A stretch of DNA of 64,000 nucleotides, taken from NCBI GenBank assembly GCA_963790045.1, contig CAWBMS010000007.1, positions 591,545-655,544 of the forward strand. Direction: 5' to 3'. Made by a program: the position numbers and the translations under genes. Below the pieces are notes generated by a model. That model ran no database searches and was not told where the DNA came from. It saw only the letters and a list, made by a program, of their open reading frames with translations. Within the stretch, counting starts at the first letter, position 1, and each line of letters opens with the position of its first letter. The DNA comes from Ignavibacteriota bacterium. Lineage in GTDB: Bacteria; Bacteroidota; Ignavibacteria; UBA10030. Of the stretch, positions 1 to 9,816 are shown piece after piece.

Positions 1-86
1 TCTTCCACTGTTTTAATAAAGTGCGATTGGCCCAAAATAAAATTTGTTGCTTCGGGTTTTTCGATTCTAACAGTTTTCAGTTCCAT
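1..86 (-). CDS. 5' end of a gene running off the window; N-terminus resembles adenosine-specific kinase family (PF04008-like) proteins
   Basis: Not in ORF track (no stop in window). Reverse strand reads AAGGAG-N5-ATG (ATG = complement of 84-86) then [28 protein letters not shown]. Family call rests on a recalled N-terminal motif only. Confidence 0.4.
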   Translation of the reverse strand, partial: MELKTVRIEKPEATNFILGQSHFIKTVE

Positions 87-185
87 AACAACTCCTTTGA
101 GTATGCAAATTTATTCCTCAATGTACAAAATCTTGTTGAAAGTACATCATTTGTTGGGTACGAAGAAGAATCTTGAAACGGTTGT

Positions 186-671
186 TTATTCCATTGCGCT
201 AACAGGGATCAAAAATTTTAAAATGCCGGTACCGAAGTGCAGTGGGCTATCAATTTCCACCAGCGCCAATGAACATGGCTTCATTTCTAAATAAATGAAA
301 CGATTGTCGGCAAGAACGGTCGTAACTGTTTCTGAAAGATGCGGTTCGTGTCCGACCAACAGAATCGATTCAACATTTTGTTCATCCAGAAGGTTGACAA
401 GCTGTTTGGGGTTGGAGCCATTGGTCAAATATTCCGTGGAATTGAATCGATGCGCGCACACGAACGATTGTACAATGGTTCCCGTTTCTCGTGCGCGGGC
501 AAGTGGGCTTGTAAAAATACTGTTGACGGGTGTATGCGTTCGCTGTAAGAACGTACCAACAGCCGTTGCCTGTTTTTTCCCCGTGTCGGTCAATGGGCGC
601 TGGGCATCGCTCATCGTGCTGTTTCGAACTGCCTCGCCGTGTCGAAGAAAATAAAGCAGCATACCTATCAA
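186..671 (-). CDS. sixA: phosphohistidine phosphatase SixA (histidine phosphatase superfamily)
   Basis: 161-aa ORF with LYFLRHGEA (RHG catalytic motif) and LVGHEPHLS motif. Size is typical of SixA. Lies 35 nt downstream of the NtrC-like gene on the same strand. Confidence 0.75.
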   Translation of the reverse strand: MIGMLLYFLRHGEAVRNSTMSDAQRPLTDTGKKQATAVGTFLQRTHTPVNSIFTSPLARARETGTIVQSFVCAHRFNSTEYLTNGSNPKQLVNLLDEQNVESILLVGHEPHLSETVTTVLADNRFIYLEMKPCSLALVEIDSPLHFGTGILKFLIPVSAME

Positions 672-706
672 TGTCCGATCTTGTTGAGGTGGAACGAATC
701 GCGAAA

Positions 707-2086
707 TTATTCTTTTGTAAGATTGTATTGCTGAATTTTAGTGTAGAGCGTCTTCACACTGATGCCGAGAATTTGCGATGCGGTGTTTTTATTCCAGCCC
801 ACCGATTTCAATACACCGGCAATGTGTATTTTTTCGATGTCGTGCATCGAAATAGCTCCGCCCAATTGAATGCCGCCGGATGTTGCTGTGCTGTCTTTTG
901 CTACCACCGGGCGCCGTCCGATTGGCAGAGCAATATCATCGACTTGAATAAGATTGTCTTTGCACAAAATACTTGCACGTTCGATCACATTTTCTAATTC
1001 GCGCACATTTCCGGGCCAATCATATTTCATCAACAATTCTAACGCTTTCGGTTCGATCATAATCAAGCCGCGCGGCCGCACACGATTCTTGAGGAAGTAA
1101 TCGACTAACAACGGAATGTCGTTTGTCCGCTCACACAGTGCGGGCACGGTAAGCGTAATAACATTGATGCGGTACATCAAATCTTCGCGAAATTTTCCGT
1201 CGGTCACGGCGTCTGTTAATTTTTTGTTGGTGGCGGAAATAACACGGACATCCGAACGCAAATTTTTATTGCCGCCGACGCGGCGAAATTCGCCGGTCTG
1301 CAAGAATCGAAGAAGTTTCGGCTGCAATCCGATATTGATTTCGCCGATCTCATCGAGAAACAATGTACCGCCGTTGGCAATTTCCACAATGCCCTGTTTC
1401 ATCTGATGCGCGTCGGTGAATGCGCCTTTCTCGTGGCCGAAGAGTTCGCTCTCTAATAAATTTTCCGGAATAGAAGCGCAGTTAAGTGCAACGAACTGCT
1501 GATCTTGACGCAGACTATTTTTGTGAACGAAAATCGCAACCAGTTCTTTTCCCGTACCGCTGGCGCCTTGAATCAAGACCGGCGAATCTGTCGGCGCAAC
1601 TTTTGCCGCGACGTTCAGCAATTCTAACATCGGTTTGCTTTCGCCGATGATGTTGCCTGCGTAAATGTGACGCGCAAGTTCGGATTTTAGAACTTTGTTT
1701 TCGATGCTCAACCGTTTGCGTTCAACCGCACGTTCGATGGTGGAGAGTAATTCATCGCCGGAGTACGGTTTGGTGACGTAATTGTACGCGCCAAGCTGCA
1801 TGCACTCGACGGCAATCTTAATATCATGTACGCCGGTGAGCATGATGACTTGGGTATCGAATGAATTATCCCGGATGAATTTTAACACTTCAATTCCATC
1901 CACACGCGGTAATTTGATATCCAACAATACGAGATCAAAATTTTTCTGCTGGAGAATATTGATGGCGGCAACACCATCGACGGCTGTATCGATTTTATAT
2001 CCTTCTTCTGCCAGTAGTGCTTGGACAACTTGTAAGAACGATTCTTCATCGTCCACGGCGAGAATACTAATAGCTTCTTTTGGCAT
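707..2086 (-). CDS. sigma-54-dependent Fis-family response regulator (NtrC-like)
   Basis: Receiver domain (ILAVDDEESF...LLDIKLPRVDG). AAA+ sigma-54 activator domain (GASGTGKE Walker A, GAFTDA variant of the GAFTGA loop). C-terminal HTH (NKNTASQILGISVKTLYTKI). Confidence 0.9.
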   Translation of the reverse strand: MPKEAISILAVDDEESFLQVVQALLAEEGYKIDTAVDGVAAINILQQKNFDLVLLDIKLPRVDGIEVLKFIRDNSFDTQVIMLTGVHDIKIAVECMQLGAYNYVTKPYSGDELLSTIERAVERKRLSIENKVLKSELARHIYAGNIIGESKPMLELLNVAAKVAPTDSPVLIQGASGTGKELVAIFVHKNSLRQDQQFVALNCASIPENLLESELFGHEKGAFTDAHQMKQGIVEIANGGTLFLDEIGEINIGLQPKLLRFLQTGEFRRVGGNKNLRSDVRVISATNKKLTDAVTDGKFREDLMYRINVITLTVPALCERTNDIPLLVDYFLKNRVRPRGLIMIEPKALELLMKYDWPGNVRELENVIERASILCKDNLIQVDDIALPIGRRPVVAKDSTATSGGIQLGGAISMHDIEKIHIAGVLKSVGWNKNTASQILGISVKTLYTKIQQYNLTKE

Positions 2087-2102
2087 ACGTAGCTCTTTTT
2101 AA

Positions 2103-3209
2103 TTATCGAATAGGCAATGCAAAGTAGAATGTGGCGCCTTTTCCGGTTTCCGATTCCACCCATATTTTTCCGTTATGCGCTTCAACAATGCGCTGTGAAA
2201 TTATTAATCCTAATCCGGAAAGAGAGACTTCCTTCTTTGTTCCGGTAACAAGATCGCGGTACCGATCGAAGACCAACGGCAATTCTTCTTTCGGAATTCC
2301 ATCTCCGCTGTTGAATACGGAAACCATTACGTATTCCGTCGGCGGCCGGCCTTCCTCCAACACGATGGCAACTTTCCGCACTTGGACGACGATGGCACCC
2401 TGCGGCGGAGTATGAGAAATCGCATTGCTTAAAAAAATGTGAAGCACCTGTTCGATTTTTTCCGAATCATATTCCAACGGCGGCAACTCTTCTTCTGCGT
2501 GCACATCTAACGTAATGTTGGTGGATTGGATCGGCACGCGAAATTCCTGACAGACATTTTGAACGGTGCCGGCAAGAGAGGCGATCCCTTTATTAAGGCG
2601 AACTCTTCCGCCTTCTAATTTCGTCAAATCCATCATGTCGTTGAGCAGCACAATGACTTTATCGATGGAGGTTGTCATGTACCCGAGCAATTCTTTTTGG
2701 TGATCGCCGATGGATCCCGCCATGCCTTTCATTAAGTAGCCAATGCTTTGCCGGAGGCCGGAAATCGGATTGTGCAAATCGTACAGTAACCGTGCCGTAT
2801 GTTCTGCTTGTAATTTTCTGATGCGATCATCCGCATCGCGTTTCTTGATGATCGCTTTCAACTGCGGCACCAACTGATCCATATCCACGGGCTTCGTCAA
2901 ATATTCCTTCGCGCCGAGCTTCATTGCTTCGACGGCCATACTCACGTCGCTCATCCCCGTCATCATCACAATTTCGGTTTGTGCAGAATTTTTTCTGGCA
3001 TACCGCAACACTTCCAATCCATTTGCGCCCGGCATTTTGATATCCAACATGGCAATGTCGTAATCTTTACCCTGAATTTTTTTGATCGCTTCGACGCCGT
3101 CGACAGCTTCATCCACAACGAATCCTTCGTCTGTTAACCATGCGGCGATTGTCATCCGGAGCGGATCTTCATCGTCTGCAATCAACACCTGTATTTTTTC
3201 GTCAGCCAT
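2103..3209 (-). CDS. hybrid receiver-domain / histidine kinase sensor protein
   Basis: N-terminal receiver (VLIADDEDPLR...MLDIKMPGANG), H-box (LYDLHNPISGLRQ), and HATPase_c N/G boxes (FLSNAISHTP, NSGDGIP, GLGLIISQRIVEAHNG). Sits 16 nt upstream of the NtrC-like gene. Confidence 0.85.
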   Translation of the reverse strand: MADEKIQVLIADDEDPLRMTIAAWLTDEGFVVDEAVDGVEAIKKIQGKDYDIAMLDIKMPGANGLEVLRYARKNSAQTEIVMMTGMSDVSMAVEAMKLGAKEYLTKPVDMDQLVPQLKAIIKKRDADDRIRKLQAEHTARLLYDLHNPISGLRQSIGYLMKGMAGSIGDHQKELLGYMTTSIDKVIVLLNDMMDLTKLEGGRVRLNKGIASLAGTVQNVCQEFRVPIQSTNITLDVHAEEELPPLEYDSEKIEQVLHIFLSNAISHTPPQGAIVVQVRKVAIVLEEGRPPTEYVMVSVFNSGDGIPKEELPLVFDRYRDLVTGTKKEVSLSGLGLIISQRIVEAHNGKIWVESETGKGATFYFALPIR

Positions 3210-3453
3210 GCCGGTTCACTTCTACAAGAAACAACTACTCAGTCAATTTATTAAACCGCGTTTATATCTGGTGGAGACGGTAAAAACCGTTCTTCCACTG
3301 TTCAGATAATAACCAGATTAGAATGAAAAGTCAATTGCCGTTTGATGAAAGGATTATGCCGGAAAAGTTGAATTTCAGCACACACAACATTACATTAATT
3401 TACTAGACAAGGAATAATAAATAATTTAATGTCTTGAGTGTAAAGGGATTTTG

Positions 3454-4539
3454 ATGAAACTTACAAAAGAATTTTTGAAGAGCGTGCCGAAAGTGCTGCT
3501 GCACGATCATTTGGATGGCGGCGTTCGTCCGCAAACAGTGATCGAGTTAGCGAAAGATCAGGGCTACACTAAATTACCAACGCACGATGCCGGTGAACTT
3601 GCCGAATGGTTTCATCGCGGTGCAACACGCGGGAGCTTGCCGTTGTTCCTTGAAGGATTTGAACACACCTGCGCAGTGATGAAAAACGAGGAAGCGCTGG
3701 AGCGTGTTGCCTACGAGATGATGGAAGATATGAAGAAGGACAATGTGGTGTATGTAGAAACGCGCTTTGCCCCGGTCTTTCATGCCACAAAATTTTTGGA
3801 TACACATAAAGTTGTGATGTCGATTCTCAAAGGATTGGAACGTGGGAAAAAAGATTTCGGTGTGCAATACGGAGCCATTATTTGCGCTATGCGGCACATG
3901 GAACCAAGCGTATCGTTAGAAGTTGCGGAGCTTGCTGTGGATTTCCGCAATCGCGGCGTGGTGGGTTTCGATCTTGCGGGCGAAGAAGGCGGGTATCCGC
4001 CGAAGAAACATGTCGATGCATTCCATTATATTCAGCGGGAAAATTTTAACATCACCGTTCATGCCGGCGAAGCATTCGGCAAAGAATCCATCTGGCAGGC
4101 AATTCAATGGTGCGGTGCGCATCGCATCGGACATGCGACGCGCTTGATCGAAGATATGCGTATCAAGAATGGCGAAGTGTTAAGCATGGGGACACTTGCA
4201 CAGTATGTATTAGATAAGCGCATTCCATTGGAAATTTGTTTAACGAGCAACGTCCATACCGGCGCTGTGCCATCGATGGAAGAGCATCCATTTGCAATTT
4301 ATTATCGATATAAATTCCGATGCACGCTGAATACCGACAACCGTTTGATGAGCAACATTACGTTAACGGATGAATATTTTACCGCAGCGGAAAAATTTGG
4401 AATGACCATCGACGATCTGGAAAAACTAACCATCAATGCGATGAAGAGCGCATTCATTCCGTACAAGCAGCGCATCCCGATTATTTACGAAGTGCTCAAG
4501 CCGGGTTATGCGAGGGCGAGAAGAGAGCTGGGATTATAA
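3454..4539 (+). CDS. add: adenosine deaminase
   Basis: Full-length ~361 aa. LLHDHLDGG metal-binding signature near the N-terminus and TLNTDN near the C-terminus. ATG at 3454 is one codon after the TTG that opens the track ORF. Confidence 0.9.
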   Translation: MKLTKEFLKSVPKVLLHDHLDGGVRPQTVIELAKDQGYTKLPTHDAGELAEWFHRGATRGSLPLFLEGFEHTCAVMKNEEALERVAYEMMEDMKKDNVVYVETRFAPVFHATKFLDTHKVVMSILKGLERGKKDFGVQYGAIICAMRHMEPSVSLEVAELAVDFRNRGVVGFDLAGEEGGYPPKKHVDAFHYIQRENFNITVHAGEAFGKESIWQAIQWCGAHRIGHATRLIEDMRIKNGEVLSMGTLAQYVLDKRIPLEICLTSNVHTGAVPSMEEHPFAIYYRYKFRCTLNTDNRLMSNITLTDEYFTAAEKFGMTIDDLEKLTINAMKSAFIPYKQRIPIIYEVLKPGYARARRELGL

Positions 4540-4616
4540 TAATTGTGAAACGGAAATCAAGTGTATAGTTTGGGCTTCATAGTGCGTGGCTTTTTATTTC
4601 CTATGAGCAAAACATT

Positions 4617-4946
4617 TTGAAAAACAAAATGGGAAAAAACGGAAACAAAGGCGAAATCATTATCTATAAAGCAGATGATGGAAAAGCTGCTATCGATGTT
4701 CGACTGGAACAAGAAACCGTCTGGCTGACTCAAGCGCAGATTGCAATTCTTTTCGATAAAGATGCCCGCACTATTTCAGAACATCTTGCCAATGTATATT
4801 CCGAGAAAGAATTACGCAAAGGAGCAACGATCCGGAAAGTTCGGCTTGAAGGCACTATAAGTGGTCCCAAAAATATTCTGTCACTCCCGAATGCTTCTAT
4901 CGGGAGTCCAGAATTCTGGATGCCCGCTTACAATCCGCGGGCATAA
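4617..4946 (+). pseudogene. RhuM-family protein, N-terminal remnant (fragment 1)
   Basis: GEIIIYKADDGKAAIDVRLEQETVWLTQAQIAILFDKDARTISEHLANVY matches the conserved RhuM N-terminal region as I recall it. Similarity ends about aa 75-85, where the palindromic element at 4884-4942 begins. Far shorter than the ~330-aa family. Confidence 0.55.
4884..4942. repeat. compound palindromic element (three adjacent palindromes)
   Basis: CTCCCGA-N9-TCGGGAG (4884-4906). Perfect 14-nt palindrome TCCAGAATTCTGGA (4907-4920). GCCCGC-N9-GCGGGC (4922-4942). It interrupts the RhuM remnant. Confidence 0.7.
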
Positions 4947-5025
4947 CAGTGCGACTGCAAAGGCTGACCATCTTTGAGATGGTTTATAGAATCACAGCAC
5001 GCACGATAAATCATTATAACCTTTT

Positions 5026-5145
5026 ATAACGGAGCGAAGTGTTATCGCAAAACACATTTGGAACGCTTCCAGAGACAAAGAACTTGTTGAAAATTCAGTA
5101 TGTGCAATTTTTGCACATACTGCCCAAGATGGAAATACTATCGAT
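5026..5145 (+). pseudogene. RhuM-family protein remnant (fragment 2)
   Basis: This frame reads SVIAKHIWNASRDKELVENSVCAIFAHTAQDGNTID, the RhuM HI.N...EL.ENSVC.F.HTA.DG region. There is no start codon and no continuation. It covers the same region as fragment 1, so it is a second remnant. Confidence 0.45.
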
Positions 5146-5251
5146 CAGCGAGATGAAAAATATCTTTATTTTGTACAAGCAGCACATTCCAATAATTTAC
5201 GAAGTGCTGAAGCCGGGATATGCCAGAGCGAGAAGAGAATTAGAGGGATAA
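5138..5251 (+). pseudogene. orphan duplicate of the last 37 codons of add
   Basis: LSISEMKNIFILYKQHIPIIYEVLKPGYARARRELEG versus the add C-terminus LTINAMKSAFIPYKQRIPIIYEVLKPGYARARRELGL (4426-4539). Nucleotide differences are mostly synonymous third positions. Confidence 0.8.
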
Positions 5252-5483
5252 ATCTTTAGTTGGACTCTTAATTTTCTTGCCGATATTCTTAACATATCAA
5301 AGCGGTGAAATCATTTAATCGCCGAAAAAATCTTCCATGCTAATTCTCAGATAGTTTTTGATGAAAAAATATGATGTGGAATGATTTTTCTATATTTTGT
5401 TCATGGTAAATGTGTATCAAGCACATTCCTCATTAATTATTTGTACCGATTCATTGTAAATATCAACAATCAGAAAAGATTTT

Positions 5484-7160
5484 ATGCTTGACGCCACAGA
5501 AACAAAATTAGAACATCAAGAGACGGAAAATCCGACAGCACCGATACTGCACAAGTATTCTTATTTACCATGGATATTACTTGCGTGTCTTATTGCATTT
5601 GTTGTTTTTGTGCGTGTCCGTATTCTCACAACTCCCATTGAACGAGACGAAGGCGAGTACGCCTATATGGGGCAGTTGCTTCTTCAAGGAGTGCCTCCAT
5701 ATTTAGAAGCGTTTAACATGAAGCTGCCCGGAACAAGTTTCATGTATGCCTTTTTCATGCTGCTCTTTGGACAAACAATTACAGCCATTCACCTTGGATT
5801 ATTGATTGTCAACCTTGCATCGTTGCTCATGGTCTTTTTATTGACAAAAAAATGGTTCGATGTTTCGACAGGCATTGTGGCTGCCGCATCGTTTGGTCTC
5901 TTATCGTTAAGCCCTTATATGCTCGGCTTTGCGGCACATGCAACACATTTTGTTATTGTTTTTGCCTTGGGGGGGATACTAGTTTTGATCAACGCTTGTG
6001 AAACAGAAAAGCGAAGAACTGTCTTTCTCGCCGGAATTCTGTTTGGCTGTGCTTTTTTGATGAAACAACCCGGGATATTCTTTTTTGTATTTGGATTATC
6101 ACTGCTTGGTATCCATGGTTTGAAAGAACATTATTCAAAGAAAAATATCTTTCAACTCGCTGCCGTGCTTACGGTGGGATTTATTGTGCCAGTAATTTTG
6201 CTTCTCCTCGTTATTTATTTTGGTGGATCGTTTCACAACTTTTGGTTCTGGGTTGTTCAGTACGCCTTTTCATACGGTTCCGTTGTGCCATTTAGCAAGG
6301 GTATGATGAATTTAGCATTTATGCTGTCTCTTTTTTGGGATGTTCTTCCATTTTTCTGCATACTCATTGGCATTGGTGTGATATTTATTATTGCGGGAAA
6401 ACTCCTTGATTCTACCAAGAACATGATTCTATCGTTTGGATTGTTTTCGATCTTATCTATTTGTCCAGGATTACACTTTAGGGAACATTATTTTATTCTT
6501 GTCCTTCCTGTGTGTAGTGTCTTTATCGGCGGTGGATTTTATATTCTTCAACACTTATTATTAGAGCGGTGGCATATCATAAAATATTTTTCTGTACTAA
6601 TATTCGTTTTGGTAATTAGCGAGAATGTGTATGCAAACCGCGCTTATTATCTTTTACTAACACCGGTTGATATTGTACACTCGTTTTATATGAATAATTA
6701 TTTCGCCGAATCAATTCCTCTCAGCAACTTTCTCGTTCAGCACACTGATCCCGATGAACGTATCGCTATAATCGGTTCGGAGCCACAAATTAATTTCTAT
6801 ACAAAACGGAGATCCGTTTCTGGTCACATCTATATGTATGGCATGATGGAGTCGCAGCCGTTTGCGCGAAGAATACAGGAAGAATTCATTGCTGATGTTG
6901 AACGTGCACAGCCCAGACACCTTATCTGTTTTTGGATACCTTGGTCTTGGCTTCCTGAGGAACACTCTGATCGCTATATTCTAAGCTGGGTTAAAAGTTA
7001 TACAGCAAAATATTATAAACGAATTGCAACTGTAGATCTGATAGATGTTACAAATGTACGATATGTGATAGGAGATTCTGCCCGAATATACAAACCCCTT
7101 TCACAGGATTTTATTTTTGTCTTTGAACGAAAGAGGACGGACAGTACTTATACAAAGTAA
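5484..7160 (+). CDS. GT-C family (ArnT/PMT-like) integral membrane glycosyltransferase
   Basis: 558 aa with many hydrophobic segments. First loop after TM1 carries RDEGEYAY (DExxY motif of lipid-linked-sugar GT-C enzymes). Soluble C-terminal domain. Confidence 0.65.
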   Translation: MLDATETKLEHQETENPTAPILHKYSYLPWILLACLIAFVVFVRVRILTTPIERDEGEYAYMGQLLLQGVPPYLEAFNMKLPGTSFMYAFFMLLFGQTITAIHLGLLIVNLASLLMVFLLTKKWFDVSTGIVAAASFGLLSLSPYMLGFAAHATHFVIVFALGGILVLINACETEKRRTVFLAGILFGCAFLMKQPGIFFFVFGLSLLGIHGLKEHYSKKNIFQLAAVLTVGFIVPVILLLLVIYFGGSFHNFWFWVVQYAFSYGSVVPFSKGMMNLAFMLSLFWDVLPFFCILIGIGVIFIIAGKLLDSTKNMILSFGLFSILSICPGLHFREHYFILVLPVCSVFIGGGFYILQHLLLERWHIIKYFSVLIFVLVISENVYANRAYYLLLTPVDIVHSFYMNNYFAESIPLSNFLVQHTDPDERIAIIGSEPQINFYTKRRSVSGHIYMYGMMESQPFARRIQEEFIADVERAQPRHLICFWIPWSWLPEEHSDRYILSWVKSYTAKYYKRIATVDLIDVTNVRYVIGDSARIYKPLSQDFIFVFERKRTDSTYTK

Positions 7161-7222
7161 AAAGCGATATCTAAACTATTGTTTTTATATTTTTGATAGA
7201 ACAATGTGAAAAGGACTTGAGA

Positions 7223-8968
7223 ATGAAGACGAAACGAATGGGAGCGCTCCTTGGAGGCGGTATTTTCTTTTTAGGGTTGTACATCATTATTGCATCGTTG
7301 CTGAATGATTTTAGCTTTCCCAACTTTCATTATTCGCACAATATTCCATTATTTATGAGTGGGATTCCTTCGGTCGTGATGTATTCACAATTCTGGAAAT
7401 TGCTGTTGTTATTACCGGCTATTGTACTTTTCTCTGTTGCATTGATGAAAACTGATATACATTTTTTTCATTTGACGGCTATCAATCATCGACGCCTCAT
7501 TATTGCCGTGCTGTTGTCGGCAGCGGTTATCCTTGTGTGTTCGATACAATTCCTTTTTCATGAAACCGAAGTAACCGACGATGAGAATACCTACGACTTT
7601 CAAGCGCAAACATTACTTTCCGGTAGAATCGATAATCCGCCTCCGCCCGTCAGAACAAGCTTTGACAATGTGTTCATCATTAATGACGGATACAGCTGGA
7701 TTGGCAGATATACGATGGGTCATCCGGCAATTATTGCTATTGGCATGGTACTTGGCAATCGTTACGTCGGTATTATTACAATCAGTATTCTGACATTGCT
7801 TTTGTTATATTTCATCGGCAGGGAATTGTACGAAGACAGACGCGTGGCGTTACTTGCGCTTTGCCTTGGTGCTGTTTCGCCATTCTTCTACCTTATTTCG
7901 TCGTCCCGTCTCAGTCATACGACGACCGCGTTTTTCCTTGCCCTGTTTATGTATCTTCTTCTTCGTGCCCGACGGACGGAAAATCTTCCATGGGCAATCG
8001 GCTTTTCATTGCTTTCGGGTTTTGCTCTCGGGTATGCATTTAACACTCGTCCATGGACGGCGTTTGTTTGGTCTCTGCCGCTTCTGATGGTTATGGCAAA
8101 AGATGCTTTACGATTTGCGAGGCATGCCATTGCAAGAGTGGCTATGTTGACCGCCGGGTTTGCAGTTCTGTTTTTTGTGACTTTGCATTGCAATGCTGTC
8201 GTGACGGGAAATCCAATGCAATTTCCCTACAGTTATTTCGATTCGACCGAACGTCTTGGATTTGGAGTTTATGATCACACACTCATTCTTGGATTCCGTA
8301 ACCTGATAATATCTTTGACGCGATTGAATACAATCCTATTTGGATTTCCCATTAGTCTCATATTCGTCTTCTTGTTTCTTTTTTCAAAAAAAGAATTTGG
8401 AGATCGTTTATTGTTTGGCATTCTGGGAAGCGTTGCGACGGGATATTTGCTATTTTATACTCCCGGTGTTTCCGATCTCGGCCCGGTTTATTATTATGAA
8501 TTATTGATTCCGTTGTTGTTGCTCAGCGCTCGCGGAGTGCTCTTTCTCCATGAAAAAAGTTCTGCGTATTTTGAACAAGGCAAAAAGCTTGCTCCAGCAT
8601 TCCTTCTTCTCTCATGTCTTGCAGCCTTGGGCGCAACAATTCCAGAACGAATATCTCATGTGGCGCGCTTGACGGCTAAAATTCGAGAACCCTACACTGT
8701 TGTCCAATCTTCTGGGGTTCACCATGCCTTAGTGCTGATTCAATCGTATGATCATTCAGGGTGGGTGTTTGGTTACAGAAATTCTTCTCCTCAATTTACC
8801 GATGATATTGTGTATTGCCAGTTTGCCGATTCGATTTCGAATCATGATGTGGTAAAGTATTTCCATGATCGTGCTCCCTATACATTAAAATATGATTCCA
8901 CCGCTTCACGCTTTGTTGTGCTGCCGGTGAATAAAGAAACAGGAAAGCCCATTTTGATTCATCCTTAA
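7223..8968 (+). CDS. GT-C family (ArnT/PMT-like) integral membrane glycosyltransferase
   Basis: Polytopic membrane protein. First loop carries EVTDDENTYDFQAQ (DExxY). ATG at 7223 (MKTKRMG) is preferred over the TTG at 7193 that opens the track ORF. Confidence 0.65.
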   Translation: MKTKRMGALLGGGIFFLGLYIIIASLLNDFSFPNFHYSHNIPLFMSGIPSVVMYSQFWKLLLLLPAIVLFSVALMKTDIHFFHLTAINHRRLIIAVLLSAAVILVCSIQFLFHETEVTDDENTYDFQAQTLLSGRIDNPPPPVRTSFDNVFIINDGYSWIGRYTMGHPAIIAIGMVLGNRYVGIITISILTLLLLYFIGRELYEDRRVALLALCLGAVSPFFYLISSSRLSHTTTAFFLALFMYLLLRARRTENLPWAIGFSLLSGFALGYAFNTRPWTAFVWSLPLLMVMAKDALRFARHAIARVAMLTAGFAVLFFVTLHCNAVVTGNPMQFPYSYFDSTERLGFGVYDHTLILGFRNLIISLTRLNTILFGFPISLIFVFLFLFSKKEFGDRLLFGILGSVATGYLLFYTPGVSDLGPVYYYELLIPLLLLSARGVLFLHEKSSAYFEQGKKLAPAFLLLSCLAALGATIPERISHVARLTAKIREPYTVVQSSGVHHALVLIQSYDHSGWVFGYRNSSPQFTDDIVYCQFADSISNHDVVKYFHDRAPYTLKYDSTASRFVVLPVNKETGKPILIHP

Positions 8969-9063
8969 AATTTGGGATCATAATAATTTGTAAAAGGAAC
9001 TTGCAATGTTAAAGATGAAGTTGAAATTACCGATGCTTGTAGAAATTAAAAAATAAAAAGCTC

Positions 9064-9816
9064 ATGCCTAAAAAAACGCTCATTTTTATTCCCACGTACA
9101 ACGAAAAAGACAATGTTGAAAGAATGATTTCTGAAATTCTTTCATTGCAACTTCCAAACACAGATTTATTGTTTATCGATGATAATTCAACAGATGGATC
9201 CGGCGACATCCTGGATAGAATTGCAAAAACACAGTCCAAATTGACGGTCCTTCATCGTTCGGGGAAAATGGGCGTTGGCAGCGCGCATAAAGATGGTATT
9301 GCCTATGGTTACAAGCGAAACTATGATATTTTAATAACGATGGATGCCGATTTTACTCATTCGCCATCATACATTCCGAAATTACTTGAAAAATCTGATG
9401 CGTGCGATATTGTTGTGCCGTCACGGTATTTACAAAAAGATGCACTTTCTGAATGGAGTTTTTTTAGAAAACTTTTAACAACAGTTGGTCATACATTAAC
9501 TAAATATGTTTTGAGATTAAATTACGATGCATCGGGCGCATTTCGCTTATACAATCTTAAAACAATCAACGAGGATGCATTTCAGAAAGTGGTTTCGAAT
9601 GGATATTCGTTTTTTTTCGAAAGTTTGTTTGTATTGAATTATAATCGGTATAGTATTTGTGAAATTCCAATCATTTTGAATGTGCGAACTTTTAACAGCT
9701 CAAAGATGAAAATTAACGATGCTTTTATCAGTTTGAAATTCCTCTTCAATTTGTTCTTTAAAAAAATCAGCAATCCCGAAAAATTATTAGTATCAAACAA
9801 TAAACAGGTTGATTGA
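9064..9816 (+). CDS. GT2 family polyprenol-phosphate glycosyltransferase (DPM1/ArnC-like)
   Basis: IFIPTYNEKDNVERMI and LFIDDNSTDGSGDILD (GT2 nucleotide-sugar binding region), then TMDADFTHSP. The 250-aa size is typical of dolichyl/undecaprenyl-phosphate sugar synthases. Confidence 0.8.
   Translation: MPKKTLIFIPTYNEKDNVERMISEILSLQLPNTDLLFIDDNSTDGSGDILDRIAKTQSKLTVLHRSGKMGVGSAHKDGIAYGYKRNYDILITMDADFTHSPSYIPKLLEKSDACDIVVPSRYLQKDALSEWSFFRKLLTTVGHTLTKYVLRLNYDASGAFRLYNLKTINEDAFQKVVSNGYSFFFESLFVLNYNRYSICEIPIILNVRTFNSSKMKINDAFISLKFLFNLFFKKISNPEKLLVSNNKQVD

Noticed and set aside
4617-5137. Treating the RhuM-like region as an intact accessory or defence-related gene.
   Set aside because: Two separate fragments cover the same part of the family. 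Neither extends beyond about 85 residues of similarity, and both are interrupted, by a palindromic element and by the add-end duplicate respectively.
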